A stretch of DNA of 63,983 nucleotides, the filler included, from Reticulomyxa filosa (taxonomy: Eukaryota > Protista > Foraminifera): NCBI GenBank assembly GCA_000512085.1. It is 26 parts of 26 records of this genome, joined end to end, with 100 filler letters (N's around TTAATTAATTAA, not from the genome) between each part and the next. Parts side by side here need not be neighbours in the genome. Positions count along the whole stretch, not along the records: positions 23,598 to 25,786 come from ASPP01002010.1; positions 25,887 to 28,701 come from ASPP01002145.1; positions 28,802 to 31,155 come from ASPP01024881.1; positions 31,256 to 32,964 come from ASPP01007182.1; positions 33,065 to 36,838 come from ASPP01012682.1; 21 more parts are not named here. One strand, written 5' to 3'. This document shows, piece after piece, positions 24,843-36,938 of the stretch. Numbering within the stretch: the stretch's first letter is position 1; each line of letters begins with the position of its first letter. Under the pieces are notes generated by a model. The model ran no database searches and was not told the origin of the DNA. It worked only from the letters and a program-made list of their open reading frames with translations. A program made the translations under genes and the position numbers.

Positions 24843-25786
24843 GCATAATATTCCATTATCTTCTTTCTCATCTCCTTTGATTATATATAATTCATTCTTA
24901 TTTGATCGAATATCCCAAAATCGAATTGTATTATCACTTGATCCAGAACATATCACTTTTGAATTACCATTACTATTCTTTATTGCAAATGGTGAATATT
25001 CAACAGCAAATACAAAACTTTTATGTCCATCGAATACTTGGATCTGTTCACCAGATCGAATATCCCACAAACGAATACTTTTATCTGCAGATCCAGATAA
25101 TATTGTATTCAATAATTCATTTGATCCATATTTTACACTAATCACATGACTTGTATGTCCTTTGAATACATTTAATTGTTTGGATGTTTCAATATCCCAT
25201 ATTCGAATGGTTTTATCATATGATCCAGAACAAATTGTATATCCATTTCCACCAACACACCAATATTATCCATTTTATTATTATTATCATTTTTATTATT
25301 GCTTTGTAATGGTGAAATATCAACACACCAAACAGTATCTTCATGTCCATTGAAAACATGTAATGATTTTGATGTTTCAACATCCCATAAATGAATTGTT
25401 TTATCACCGGATCCAGAACACAAATATCTACCACCATTAAATGATGAAAATTCAATTCCACAAACACACGAAGTGTGTCCACTGAATATTTCTAATTCTT
25501 TATTATGTTTGAAATACCAAAAACAAATGGTTTTGTCAAATGATGAAAAACAAATGACATCTTGACGATGATTATGATAATGATATGATGAAAATTTCAC
25601 ACAGAACACATGACCTGAATGTCCATTGACTGATTGAATTTGTTTGTTATTTTCAACATCCCATACACGAACTGTTTTATCCTCTGAACCAGAACAAATG
25701 AATTGACAATCATCAAATGTTGAATAATCAATACTCCGTACCCAATTAGTATGTCCAGTAAATCCCTTAAGTAATTTAGATGATGA
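24843..25786 (-). pseudogene. WD40-repeat pseudogene, C-terminally truncated
   Basis: Multiple GH...CSGSxDKTIRLWD repeats (SSFNGGRYLCSGSGDKTIHLWDVETSKSLHVFNGH). Frameshift near 25255. Ends at GILC where the paralogue at 41.3 kb continues GIFCLKF. Confidence 0.92.
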
Positions 25787-26339
25787 NNNNNNNNNNNNNN
25801 NNNNNNNNNNNNNNNNNNNNNNNNNNNNNNTTAATTAATTAANNNNNNNNNNNNNNNNNNNNNNNNNNNNNNNNNNNNNNNNNNNNTTTCCCAAAAGTGT
25901 CTTTATATTTTCTTGAATTTGCAAAAAAAACAAGTTGTTGAGCATTCTTTAAATGTATAAACAATCCCCTGAAAACAACAAAAAAACTTTGATGCTCTGG
26001 AATACATTTTTATTCTTATTTACTCCAATAGAAAAAAACGTACCCTTTTAAAAAAGAAAGGTATTTTACATTGCAATAAGTTATTCAAACAAATTAAAAA
26101 GTTGAAATGAAGTCCTTTTTTGTTGGAAAGACTTTGTGTGAGATATATTTATCTTTTTTTAGAACAAAAAAAACTAGAACGAGTTTTTGTGTTGTTAAAG
26201 AATTTTTGAGCAAAAAATTCAAACATTTTTCCTTCCTCTCTTCTTATCTCTCAAAAGAAATGTCAGCGCAACTATCATTGATCAACTTCTTTTCAGTCTT
26301 TCTAAAATGTGTTTAATCTTTACTTTGTGAATCAGTTAG

Positions 26340-26440
26340 AAGAAGAATATGTCCAAATATAATGTTAATTATTCAACATTTAATGATAATCAGCCAATTT
26401 GTTCTGGATCATACGATAAAAAGATTCGCTTATGTGATTA
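26340..26440 (+). pseudogene. Small WD40 remnant
   Basis: YSTFNDNQPICSGSYDKKIRLCD resembles the first repeat of the neighbouring WD40 family. Confidence 0.55.
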
Positions 26441-26774
26441 TATTTCTTTGATTCGTTCGTCTCGTTGATATTATCAACAAATTTTTCAAATTATTTGCAG
26501 ATTTAAAATATTTGACGAGAGGCAAATGGTTTGGTTTAGAAACTGGAAAATATTTATTAATGAACAAATGAAGTTTGAAATACACAAAAGGTAACAAATC
26601 AAAGGATTCCACTCTGGTAGATACCTATAAAGTGTAAAACTTGAGCAAATTCTTTTAAAAGTGAGTTCAATTTTATTTTAATTATACTTGGTTTAATTAG
26701 ACTGAATAGAAAGAGTAACAAGTTGCAGTGTTAGAATGAGATAAAGTTTAAAAATATATTACATTTCGCTATTG

Positions 26775-28701
26775 TCAAGTATTATCGTCATCACTAGAAG
26801 CATTAAAATGATCTTTGGTGTCGTTTGCTATAATTGCACGACCCCGTTTCGGTTTTGTCAAGCTAGTGTTGCCATTACCTTTCCCGAGAGTTGATTCGAG
26901 TCGAGCCTTTGAAGGTGGGCGTGGTTTTGCAACGGCATGAGAATGAGAGTGAAAGTTGACATGTTGATGAACAGGTCTAAAATCAGTTTTGTTTTTTCTT
27001 TTTCTTTTTCTTCTTCTGGCTGGACGACTTTGCGATACCACTGCTGTGCGGATAAAGCAGTTTTGTCGATATTGGACAAATGGATACCGCATTGTTCCAA
27101 AATATGCAAATGCGATACCATTACCCGATTGAGAGATTGATCCACTGTTCAAGTATCGTATGTTAATATTGAGTTTCATACCACTAGACAAAAAAAAGCA
27201 ATCCCTATGTCAAATCTCATCATTCAAAAAAAAAAAGAGCATACCATTTTGTTTAGCGTTATTTTGGGTCAACATCATTTGAATTTTGGAATAGATAAGC
27301 CTCCCTTCGGACATTGGCCTGCCTTTAATACTGCAGGCAAAGCACATCTCCCGGATACGCTAAGGTAGGGTCATTCATTAATACAACACCAATACATTTT
27401 CAGATGCAAAAAAAACAAACAAAAAACGGAGTGACTGTATTGCGAACAAGTATACATGCACATGTATGTATGTATATACAAGAAAATACTCAACAGTTTC
27501 GATTACTTGGTTGAATGAGCGCTGGGCTTTGGCGTGTAAAGGGGTGTACCATTGAATAAAGTTTTGTGAATTGAGGAAATTAGCATAAAGCGATTGGAGT
27601 GTGTCTCCGGACTTCAAACCCGAAAATACCTGCAAGCGCAAAGGAAAGTCTTTGGTTTTGCGTCGAATGTATTTCAAAAACCGATCCCTTTCAAGACCCG
27701 GCCATGCTTCTTCAGTGCTACCACTTCGCAATTTTTCCTTTGGCGAAATCGTTTCGTTACGTTTCTCATTGCTTTCAATTCGATCTGTGCTTAATATCTT
27801 TTTATGTTGTTATTTTGGCATATTCCATTGCATCACTTCCTTTCAGCCATCAGTATATCATTTCAGCAAAATTTAAAAAGTTTGATTCCATAAAACACAC
27901 ACACACACAAAAGAAAAGAAGGGTTACATCTCGGAATTCAGGAGGAGATAAATATGGATCCCATTCTGTCTCGGGCAATTGGAACCGAAAATATTCCTCC
28001 AACGGCGCCAAAAATCTACATACGTTGTAATTCAAGAGAATTTTTATATGTAGAAATGAAAAACTGAGTGCATATACATCCAACTAGACGCCAATAATTT
28101 TCCGTAACTTTTTGGTGAGGTTAACGAAATACTCACGTAACTTCAAGGTGTTCGCTGCGCACACATCGGAGAACTATTGTATTGATTGTTGGATGATTGA
28201 TCCATTAGTACTTCTGTTTCCCCCAATCTCTCTCAGTTGCAAGGAAGAAACAAAAAGAACAAAAGCAAGTATGTTGTAAACACGAACGGACAGCCTCATA
28301 AGTGGTTTTTTCAGTTGAGTCAATGGGGATCAATTGAGATATTAAGTCGCTGTCGGGAGTGAAAGAAGGGGTCATGCGCGATATGATTTTGTTTTCTAAT
28401 TTATCTGCTTTGAATAAGCCAACCTTTGCCATTGCCGATTTGTATGACGCTTTTCTCTTTTTTGTTTTAAAAAAAGATGATTCTCATTGAAAAGAGAGAG
28501 GAGAAAAAAAATAGTAAGACAAATAACCTTTGCGCTGACTCTGAACATTTTAGCCAAGTTTGCACCGAGGGGCGATTTGATATGAAAAGCGGAATCGTCC
28601 GAAGGAGGGAGATCGGATGTGGAAATGTTGACAAAATCATCGTCGACGTCGTCTTTGGCGGAAGGAGCCTCTGTGTCAAAGGCCTCAAACGACGACGACG
28701 A
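26775..28701 (-). CDS. DENND6: DENND6/FAM116-like DENN-domain protein, C-terminal exons
   Basis: LKLREYFVNLTKK-FLAPLEEYF...WDPYLSPPEFRD and LYANFLNSQNFIQWY match the DENND6 C-terminal blocks (LRRHFLELTQSFIIPLERY...PWKSPPQLR; LYRHFLKSPNFDGWF). Several introns; exact last exon uncertain. Confidence 0.72.
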
Positions 28702-28801
28702 NNNNNNNNNNNNNNNNNNNNNNNNNNNNNNNNNNNNNNNNNNNNTTAATTAATTAANNNNNNNNNNNNNNNNNNNNNNNNNNNNNNNNNNNNNNNNNNN
28801 N

Positions 28802-29879
28802 GAGAGGTCCCTTGCTGTTTCGAGTCCTCCTTGTCCGTATCGGAATCTTGTTTCGATCAAATTAGTTGTTATTTGTTATGATAAAAAAAAAAAAAAAGGG
28901 GGTTCATTAAAAAAAGTTCACACAAGCATATACATAAATACATAAATTGTATAAACATAAATACATATATATATATATATATACATATATATATGTATAT
29001 TAAATTTTTTGCAAACAAAAAAGCCAAAAAAAAAAAAAAAAAACTTTTAATATAGATCGGTTTCATTTGTATTTCGAAAGTGTGCTGAGGCGTGGAAAAG
29101 TCATCGAGATGGGACGGCGACTCGACGGGAGCGGCGAGATAAGGAAACAGTTTGGTGTCCAAGGGCTGAAGTTTTTCGTCGATGAAGAAGTAGATTTGAT
29201 GTTGATTCATGTCAAAGGCTTTCTTCTTGTAGATGAAGTCGATGGCATCTTTGACCGTGGTTTTCGTCGTGACCGGGATTGTCACGTATTGCTTGTCATC
29301 GATGTGGATTCGCAATGTCTTGGTGTAATTGATTATATAATTGCCGTTATTCGTCCTCCCTACCGTCTCGGTGCTGTCCTTCTGTTCATTGTCATTATTG
29401 TTGTTATTGTTATTATTATTGTTATTGTTATTGTTATTGTTATTGTTATTGTTATTGTCATTGTCATTGTCATTGTCATTGTTATTGTTATTGTTATTGT
29501 TATTGTTATCTTTGTTCGTTCCCATCACATTCCCATAACCATTACTACCATTCATATTCATATTCATATTACTGTTGCCATTCACAACTAAACCGCCTGA
29601 ATTATAACTACTGCTCAACAGGTTACTGTTCAGACTACCGACGCCGTTACCTGCACTGTACTGACGCATCGTGCTTCGAAATCTATCATTGCTTGCCAAC
29701 GCGTCGCTTTTTGCTATCATGTCCAAGTCGATCACGTCCTCGTCCACAAACTCCATACTTTTCAAATCCACGTCCATCTCCGTTATCTCTTCCGAGGCTG
29801 ACAACTTTTTCGGCGCGTCGTCGGACTGTTGCTTCCATGAATCCTGTTCTGTGTCCTTACGCTTCGTATGACTTGTCAT
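28802..29879 (-). CDS. Asn-rich protein with a Ras-association (RA)/ubiquitin-like domain, 5' part
   Basis: Poly-N tract followed by TLRIHIDDKQYVTIPVTTKTTVKDAIDFIYKKK...IYFF...LQPLD, the pattern of an RA/FERM-N beta-grasp domain. Confidence 0.65.
29390..29510. repeat. (TTGTTA)n/(TTGTCA)n microsatellite encoding poly-Asn/Asp on the minus strand
   Basis: Seen directly in the sequence. Similar tracts at 17160-17200 and 38408-38535. Confidence 0.9.
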
Positions 29880-30714
29880 TTCAAGTGCTATGCAACCTTC
29901 TTTGTTTGTTTGTTTTTTTGTAAAGATAGTAGTATAGTAGTAGTATTAAGGCGCTTTGGAATTGCCGCGGAGGGGGGGAGGAAAAAAAAAAAAGTTCTTC
30001 TTTTTTTTTTTACTCGATCAAAATGTCCACCAGGTGATCCTTTTTTTCTTTAGGTCTCTTTCCACCGTTCAGTCCCTCCCAAGGGACTAGCAAACTGTGC
30101 AGATTATGTATACATACATGCATATGAACCACATTTTACTGGAAAAAATGTAGTCTTGTAAACAGGACGGAGTTTGTATTTACAAAGTTTAGCCACAAAA
30201 AAAAACACACACGCACACGTACACACAGCCATACACCACACACTTTTGCTTTATTTTTTTTTTCTCCCTCTTCAAGAGAGAGGGAGAAGGGAAAATAAAA
30301 AAGACGAAAAAAAGTTTTTATTTTTAGTACATTATTGTGTCACTGTTGTGATACAGTCAGATAACAAACAAAACGAATAGTGTCCAGGATAGTATATAAT
30401 TTAAATTTGGGCTTCTCTCTTTACCATACGTACATTATCAAACATTCAAGTGTTTTTCAATCGATTGCAATAGAAACGTATTCCGTTTGAAAGTAATGAG
30501 AACAAAAAAAAAAATCTTTTGTTTTGTTTTTTTTATGCTTGTTATGAAAGCTATCAACAAACTAGAAAAATTAATGTTACATTGAATGTTACAAAAAAAA
30601 AAAAAAAGATGACGAAGCAATTTTTTTTTTTTATAAATATACTGCATATCTGGAAATTGTAATAACAAGAAAAAAGCTTTGCGAATGAGGGGAGGGGAGG
30701 AGGAGAAAAAAAAG

Positions 30715-31155
30715 CTATTTTGTATGATGAGTGTGGGTAAGACTTTCATCACCATACTCGACCACGTCCTCTTCGTATACGTGTTTGCTTTTGTTAGTGT
30801 GACTCAAGTTGTGAGTGTCTTCGCGTTTGTAGGTGTCATGGGTGTAGCGATGGGTGTGCTCACTCGTCGTTTCCATTTCAATGCTTGCATTCAAGCTGAC
30901 CATCCAAGGGTTGGACGAAGGCAGGATCTGCTTGGCGGGGAATGACTTTTGGCGAAAGTTGTCGTCAACGCTGTCGAACAGCTCGGCACCTTCTTCCTCG
31001 TCGACAGGTCTGTGGTCCTCGTCGTCGCTGTGTAGGCCGCCGAGCGGGCCAAAGTTCGACTCCCTTCCGTGTGACATATCGCTCGGGTTGGATCGCAGCG
31101 TCGGATTCGTATGCGGAATTGACGTCATTGTATTTGTATTGACATTGCCATTGCC
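30715..31155 (-). CDS. C-terminal fragment of a low-complexity hypothetical protein
   Basis: GC-richer open frame from the contig edge to the stop at 30715. Confidence 0.5.
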   Translation of the reverse strand, partial: GNGNVNTNTMTSIPHTNPTLRSNPSDMSHGRESNFGPLGGLHSDDEDHRPVDEEEGAELFDSVDDNFRQKSFPAKQILPSSNPWMVSLNASIEMETTSEHTHRYTHDTYKREDTHNLSHTNKSKHVYEEDVVEYGDESLTHTHHTK

Positions 31156-31255
31156 NNNNNNNNNNNNNNNNNNNNNNNNNNNNNNNNNNNNNNNNNNNNT
31201 TAATTAATTAANNNNNNNNNNNNNNNNNNNNNNNNNNNNNNNNNNNNNNNNNNNN

Positions 31256-32964
31256 TTGATATCATTGATATCATTGATATCGTCCAAATCACTCATATCA
31301 CCACGTTGATTCGAATCGTCCCCTTCCAACAACTCGACCTCCGTCGTGTCCGAGACCGTGGCATGTGCCACGTTTGCGTTACAACGACGATCGTTCTTGC
31401 ACTTGCCACGGATGCTTGTGCGCTTGTCGCGTTGTGGATAGCCCTTTGACCTGAAGCGACCTCTTGTTCCGACCTTGCCAGTATATCCTTACGACTGAGA
31501 GCAGTGTCTGCATATGCTCGACGAGTCAAAGAATAGTGCGAGTGGAGAGGCTCGACGGAATCCGAGGTCTGTCTGCGAGCCGTGGTGTCGACACAAACAT
31601 CCAATGGATTGTCGCGACAGTATTGTTGTTGTTGTTGTTGTTGTTGTGACAAGATCGTTGTGTCGACTGCTATTGGCCGCAATAACATTGTGTCATGTCT
31701 GGTCATTGCTTTACCATTGTCTGTACTGTTGTCCGCAGTGCGAGTTATTTCTCCTTTTGTTCTTTTTCTGTCTTCACTTTGTCTTGTGTCGTTCTCATTC
31801 ACATTCATATCTTCTCTCTCTGTTGCTTTGCATTGATTTGTGCTTGGACTCATCGTTGTTGTCGTCGTCGGGCTTTTTTTTTATTTCGATAACTCTTCTT
31901 TTTATTTTCCCACAGTTCTTTCATTATCCCAAATATTCCGCTCTTACTTTTCGGCGAGGATTCCAACGCATTCAAGCCCTTGCATTCCTTGTTTGGTCCT
32001 TTTTGATGCATTTGCTTCCCAGCTTTTTCGCACAACACAATACATACGCACACGTTCGTCAATCAACAGAGACAACAGTTTGAACATTGTATTATACGTA
32101 AGTACATTAATGGGTATATATACAAATAAATAAATAAAATAAATAAATAAATAAAAAATGCAATCAAAACAAAAGAATGGGACCGAGACGACGTTGCGCG
32201 ACATTCGTTTGGAAGGATTGGTTGTTTGCGCGAAATTGACAGTCGTTTCCGGCACTCGATGTTTGTCGAGTGTGCGCAAAGTAGGAGCCGTATACTGGTC
32301 AGTGTCGCCGCCATCCAAGTCGAACATCGAGTATGGCGTCGACGGCGTGATATTGAAAGCCTCTGCAAAGAGTCTTTGCGACGGACTGTTCACTTGCGTT
32401 GTCGTTGTTTCGGTATTTCTCCACGTGTTGCCGCCATGTGGAGTATATAATACTCCAATGGGAAGATTGAAAGAGCTTTCGTTATTGTTGTGCACATGGC
32501 TATCTGTTATCGAAAAAGGGATATGCGAACCTTCATTTTCGTCATCGGTTTGCACTTCGTCCATTCCCGTTACACTTTTTGTCACTGGCGAATATGGTTG
32601 TACGATTTGATAGTCATCGTCCTCATTACCACTGTCATTGCTATCCCCTGTGGCACTCTATTTATTTTTTTTTTTTTTTTTTAAATGTCCCCCCCACCCC
32701 CTTTGAGAGAGAGAGAGAAAAAAAAAAAATAAATGTACAATAACAAAAACGTACAACAGCATAAGCATGGTCATCGATGGCAGTGCTCATGTTTTCGAAA
32801 AATCTTTTCAAATGGGTATCGTGGTCGTTGGGAAGACTGTCCAACAAATCTTTGGACAAATGAGGCTGCGGAGATGATATAGTCGTCGTAGCATTGGGCT
32901 CATCGAGACATGCACTCTCTTGAACTGGCTTGATAACGACAGTGTCACATATCGACTTGGTTTT
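31256..32964 (-). CDS. Internal exons of a low-complexity hypothetical protein
   Basis: ORFs 32662-32859, 31944-32585 and 31293-31853 separated by GT-AG introns (for example 32658-32754). Poly-Q tract. Confidence 0.55.
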
Positions 32965-33109
32965 NNNNNNNNNNNNNNNNNNNNNNNNNNNNNNNNNNNN
33001 NNNNNNNNTTAATTAATTAANNNNNNNNNNNNNNNNNNNNNNNNNNNNNNNNNNNNNNNNNNNNATATATGTATATATATATATATATATGTGTGTATAT
33101 GCAATTTTT

Positions 33110-33691
33110 TTTTGTATCTGAACTTGGCAAATGCTTAGACGAGTCATGAATAAACGTGTCTGATACATTAGCTGCGACTGTGCTTGTGCTTTGATTTTGC
33201 AATGCGCATACACGCTTCATGTTTGCGACGGTTTGATTGAGTAGCTCAATGTTTCTTGTCTCCACGATCCAATGGAATACGTTTTCGCCAGTTTCTGGTG
33301 CAACTGCGGCAAAGTTCAACTCCACTTGTGCAAACAAATTGTCCGCAAGTGATAACATTTGCTGCGAAATTGCGTGGTACAAAATGTGTCTCCCGTCCGG
33401 CCCGATTGTGTTACAACTCGCCCCGCGCTTTAGTAACTGCTTTGCCAAACCTTCGTCGTGCGCGTTTATCGCGGCAAACAGCGCCGACTGGCCGTTCCCT
33501 CCTCCATTTACATCAATCTCTCCAAAACTTAATAAGTACTCCACTTTCTCATATTGCAATCCATCAATCGCTGCTATTAAACACGTTTCTCCTTTTTGAT
33601 TCGTTCCGTTCAACCAGTCCGGATGCTCTTTCAACAACTTTTCCAATACTGACAATTTTCCGCTGCTTGAGGCACGAATCGCTTTCGACAT
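33110..33691 (-). CDS. Ankyrin-repeat protein, 5' part
   Basis: KGETCLIAAID...VEYLLS; NGQSALFAAI...LAKQLLKRGAS; DGRHILYHAI; TGENVFHWIV: about 4-5 ankyrin repeats. Confidence 0.9.
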
Positions 33692-34574
33692 TGTAGCTCT
33701 TTCTTTTTTTCTTAAATGATAGTATCATACGATGCCATAGTTTTTTTTTTATTGTCGTGGACGTAGACATCCCTTTTCCTTTTGTCTGAAATCAAGTAAC
33801 TTTGTTATCACTCGAAAGATTGATCATTTACAACCTTTTCTTTTTCGAAAGCATATTAAAATGAAGAAACATTGACCAATTTTAACTTGTAAAAACAAAA
33901 GTATATTAACACTGCTCTCAAGCTCGATCAACAATTCGAGGAAAATCAACATTCCTAGCAAAAACAATAACAACAAGAACAAAAAAGCAGAACGAAATGA
34001 ACAAAAGAACATGTGTATCAATCTCAGGAATGAGAGCCTCATAAGCTGTTTGTGACAAAAGATTCAAAAAACTTCTTCTGTCAGAAAACAACTGCGGAAA
34101 TTGTTAAAAGAGGTTGATGTGTTTTTTTTTTCATGTGTACCCAAAAAAAAAAAAAAGGGGGGAAAAAAGATAGGAGAGAAAAAAAAAAGAAGAGAAAAAA
34201 TAATGTATTAAGTGAGCTCAATACTTCACACCAACGACAATTACGACAATCAAAACATTGAAAATATGTAAAGCAAGTTAAAAAGACAGACAAAAAGTGG
34301 CCTTTTTGGTTTTTGTTTTGTGTTATTTTTATTATTATTCGGAAGCCAATTTTGAATTGTCTTTTCAATCACACACGTTGACTCTGTCGCAGATGTCAAC
34401 ACTATGACCACCCCATGGCAAACCAAAAAAAAAGGGGGGGAGGAGAAAGGTGAGCGAAAAGGAGAAACGATGTATACGTATACCAAAAAAATATATATAC
34501 ATAAATATAAACATAAACATAAATTACGTGTGTAAATAAATATATTGAAAAAAAAAAAGGGGGGGGGGCACAAA

Positions 34575-34990
34575 ACATTGTTTTAAAATCAAGGCTTGTT
34601 GTTCATCGTCAGGACTGCGACGAGATCGTTCTAACGTTTGTCTTATTTTGCGTTCTAATTCATCAACGGAGGCGAGTTGTTCATCCAACATTTTTTCCTT
34701 TTCTTTTTCCTTATTGTTTTTCGTGTTCGATGAACCTAAGGTTGGCAGTTTGGTCAGTTTGCTTTTCAATTTCTCCACTGCTGTCAACACACGCTTTTTA
34801 TCAGTCAACGCGTCACACCCTCGAAATACTGCATTTATCACCGCTCGCAATTCTGTCCCGTTCATCGACAACAGCGTTTCAAGGCTTAAAATTCCTTTTT
34901 CTTTCAACTGCGCTCCATATTTATCACCATCACAACCAAAAGCCTTTAACCACACCGTCATATCGGCACGTGCTACATTTGTTGTATTTC
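34575..34990 (-). CDS. SAM-domain plus coiled-coil exon
   Basis: MTVWLKAFG...KYGAQLKEKGILSLETLLSMNGTELR...DKKRVLTAVEKL fits the SAM consensus (W-L...Y...I...LL...L...KKIL.AI..L). Confidence 0.7.
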
Positions 34991-35527
34991 ATTTAGTTGT
35001 ATATAGATTTATTTTTTGTTTTTGTCGTTTTGATTTGTTTACATATTTCTTTTGCTCTTTCCCTATATTCTCCATGCTCCTCAACTTGAAATGCTTCCAA
35101 AAATATTGGAGGAATTATCACTATTGTTTTCCATTGATTGGATCTGTGTTATCGATTCTGGTCTTTTTCCTTCAGCTTACACCTTTTGCCTATCCACTCC
35201 AATCCTTTTTCTCCTAGCAAGATATAAACCAAAATTGATAGTGCCTCGTGAAATTAAGTACATCTTCTCATAAGCAGTTCTGATCTTGTCTCAGTTTTAA
35301 TGAAAATAGCACCATCCTCATATATCCTCAAAAACTTATCCTCTGTTCTACCAGCTACGTTTAAAAACGAGACTTTTGACAGCTTGTATTTGCACTATAT
35401 TTATTTAATTTTTTTGGCAACTGGAATTTCATTGAGATGTGTTGACGTTTAGACGTTCAAGGGAAGAAAAAAAAGTAAATGTGTTTTGACGATGAACCGG
35501 ACACAATAAAAAATTGCAATTAGTACA

Positions 35528-35971
35528 ATGCAACCACAAACACCAACAGAAGTATATTCTCAAAGAATAAGACTGCAATGTACTTTGCAATTGCTTGTTG
35601 GTACTTTATTTTGGGTTTGGGCTGTTGTCAACTCTAACCTTGACGACGTTTTCAAACCTCTTGATTATGGAGTGATAACATTTTTCATGGCAATACTAGC
35701 TGGACTCACAGGATGGGCATCAACCTGTTTGAAGTATGAAAAAGCCAAAGTGCTAAGCGGAAGATATCTGATTTTAACTCCAGTGAGCCATTTTGCAATC
35801 ATTTTAAATTATGTGTTGGGGGCTCTATTTTATGACAAAGGAAAGACTTTTTTTGTCTACTGCTGGATTGCCGCGTTTCTATGGCTTCTATTCGGAGCAT
35901 TGTTTTTCTTTAATGCGTATCGCTGGAAAGCCCGAATGAACTTCTTAGGTTCAACATACGGGCAATTTTAG
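35528..35971 (+). CDS. Intronless 4-TM membrane protein, 147 aa
   Basis: Complete ATG-TAG ORF with four hydrophobic segments. Confidence 0.8.
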   Translation: MQPQTPTEVYSQRIRLQCTLQLLVGTLFWVWAVVNSNLDDVFKPLDYGVITFFMAILAGLTGWASTCLKYEKAKVLSGRYLILTPVSHFAIILNYVLGALFYDKGKTFFVYCWIAAFLWLLFGALFFFNAYRWKARMNFLGSTYGQF

Positions 35972-36400
35972 TTACTTTTCAAATGTCATATCAATTGTTT
36001 TACAAACCTTTCATCAACAAATAAAAATAATTATAAATTTTATTTTTGACACGATACTGCTTACCATAAATCTACATCCCAGAAACAATTAAGAAAATCA
36101 ATTGAGTAAGCAAAGCACAAAAAATACTTGAAGTAAATCAGTTTTTGGTTAAAAATGTATTGTCTTATTTTAATGATTATTGAAATTAAAGTTATTTTAA
36201 TTTGTTTTTATATAATGTTTTTTATTTTATTTTTGATAACAAAAATTAACTTATGTAACTTTTTGTAGTTTTCTTTTTTGATTACATTCAATTATGTTAT
36301 GTTATTTAAATTAATGTTAGAGCTAGCTCAATGATACTTTTTTTTTGCCAAAGCAAAAGAGGTTCAACAACTACTCACAAAAAAGCCATCTGCCATGACA

Positions 36401-36785
36401 ATGATGAAAAGTATTTACTATTTTTTTTTTCATTGTTTTATATTTGCAAAAGCGATGATCTCCAAATGACCCGGATTAATTTTGGGAGTTGTAATTATCC
36501 TCTGCGTCACAAAGAGCAAAATCAGTCATGGCAAAGCATAGTAGCGCGACGCCCAGACTTGTGGATTTGGATGGGTGATGCCGCATATTTGGATTACAAA
36601 GAGGTTAACCTTGAGAGTAATTTAGAGCCTTGGAGAGTGTTGCTGTTGCCAAATTATGCGATCGAACACCCATCTTTATTTCCTCAAATTTTTAACTTTA
36701 CATTTAATCATCCGTCCTATCAGCAGTTGCGATCACAAACAACAATAATCGGGACTTGGGATGATCATGACTTTGGAATGAATGA
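36401..36785 (+). CDS. phoD: PhoD-like alkaline phosphatase D, N-terminal exon
   Basis: RINFGSCN...PDLWIWMGDAAYLD...IIGTWDDHDFGMN are the PhoD metallophosphatase motifs. Hydrophobic N-terminus, probably frameshifted in a T-run. Confidence 0.88.
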
Positions 36786-36938
36786 GTTAAGCGTGCATCC
36801 TCCGAAGCATGTTGTGTATATACATATATTACATATATNNNNNNNNNNNNNNNNNNNNNNNNNNNNNNNNNNNNNNNNNNNNTTAATTAATTAANNNNNN
36901 NNNNNNNNNNNNNNNNNNNNNNNNNNNNNNNNNNNNNN

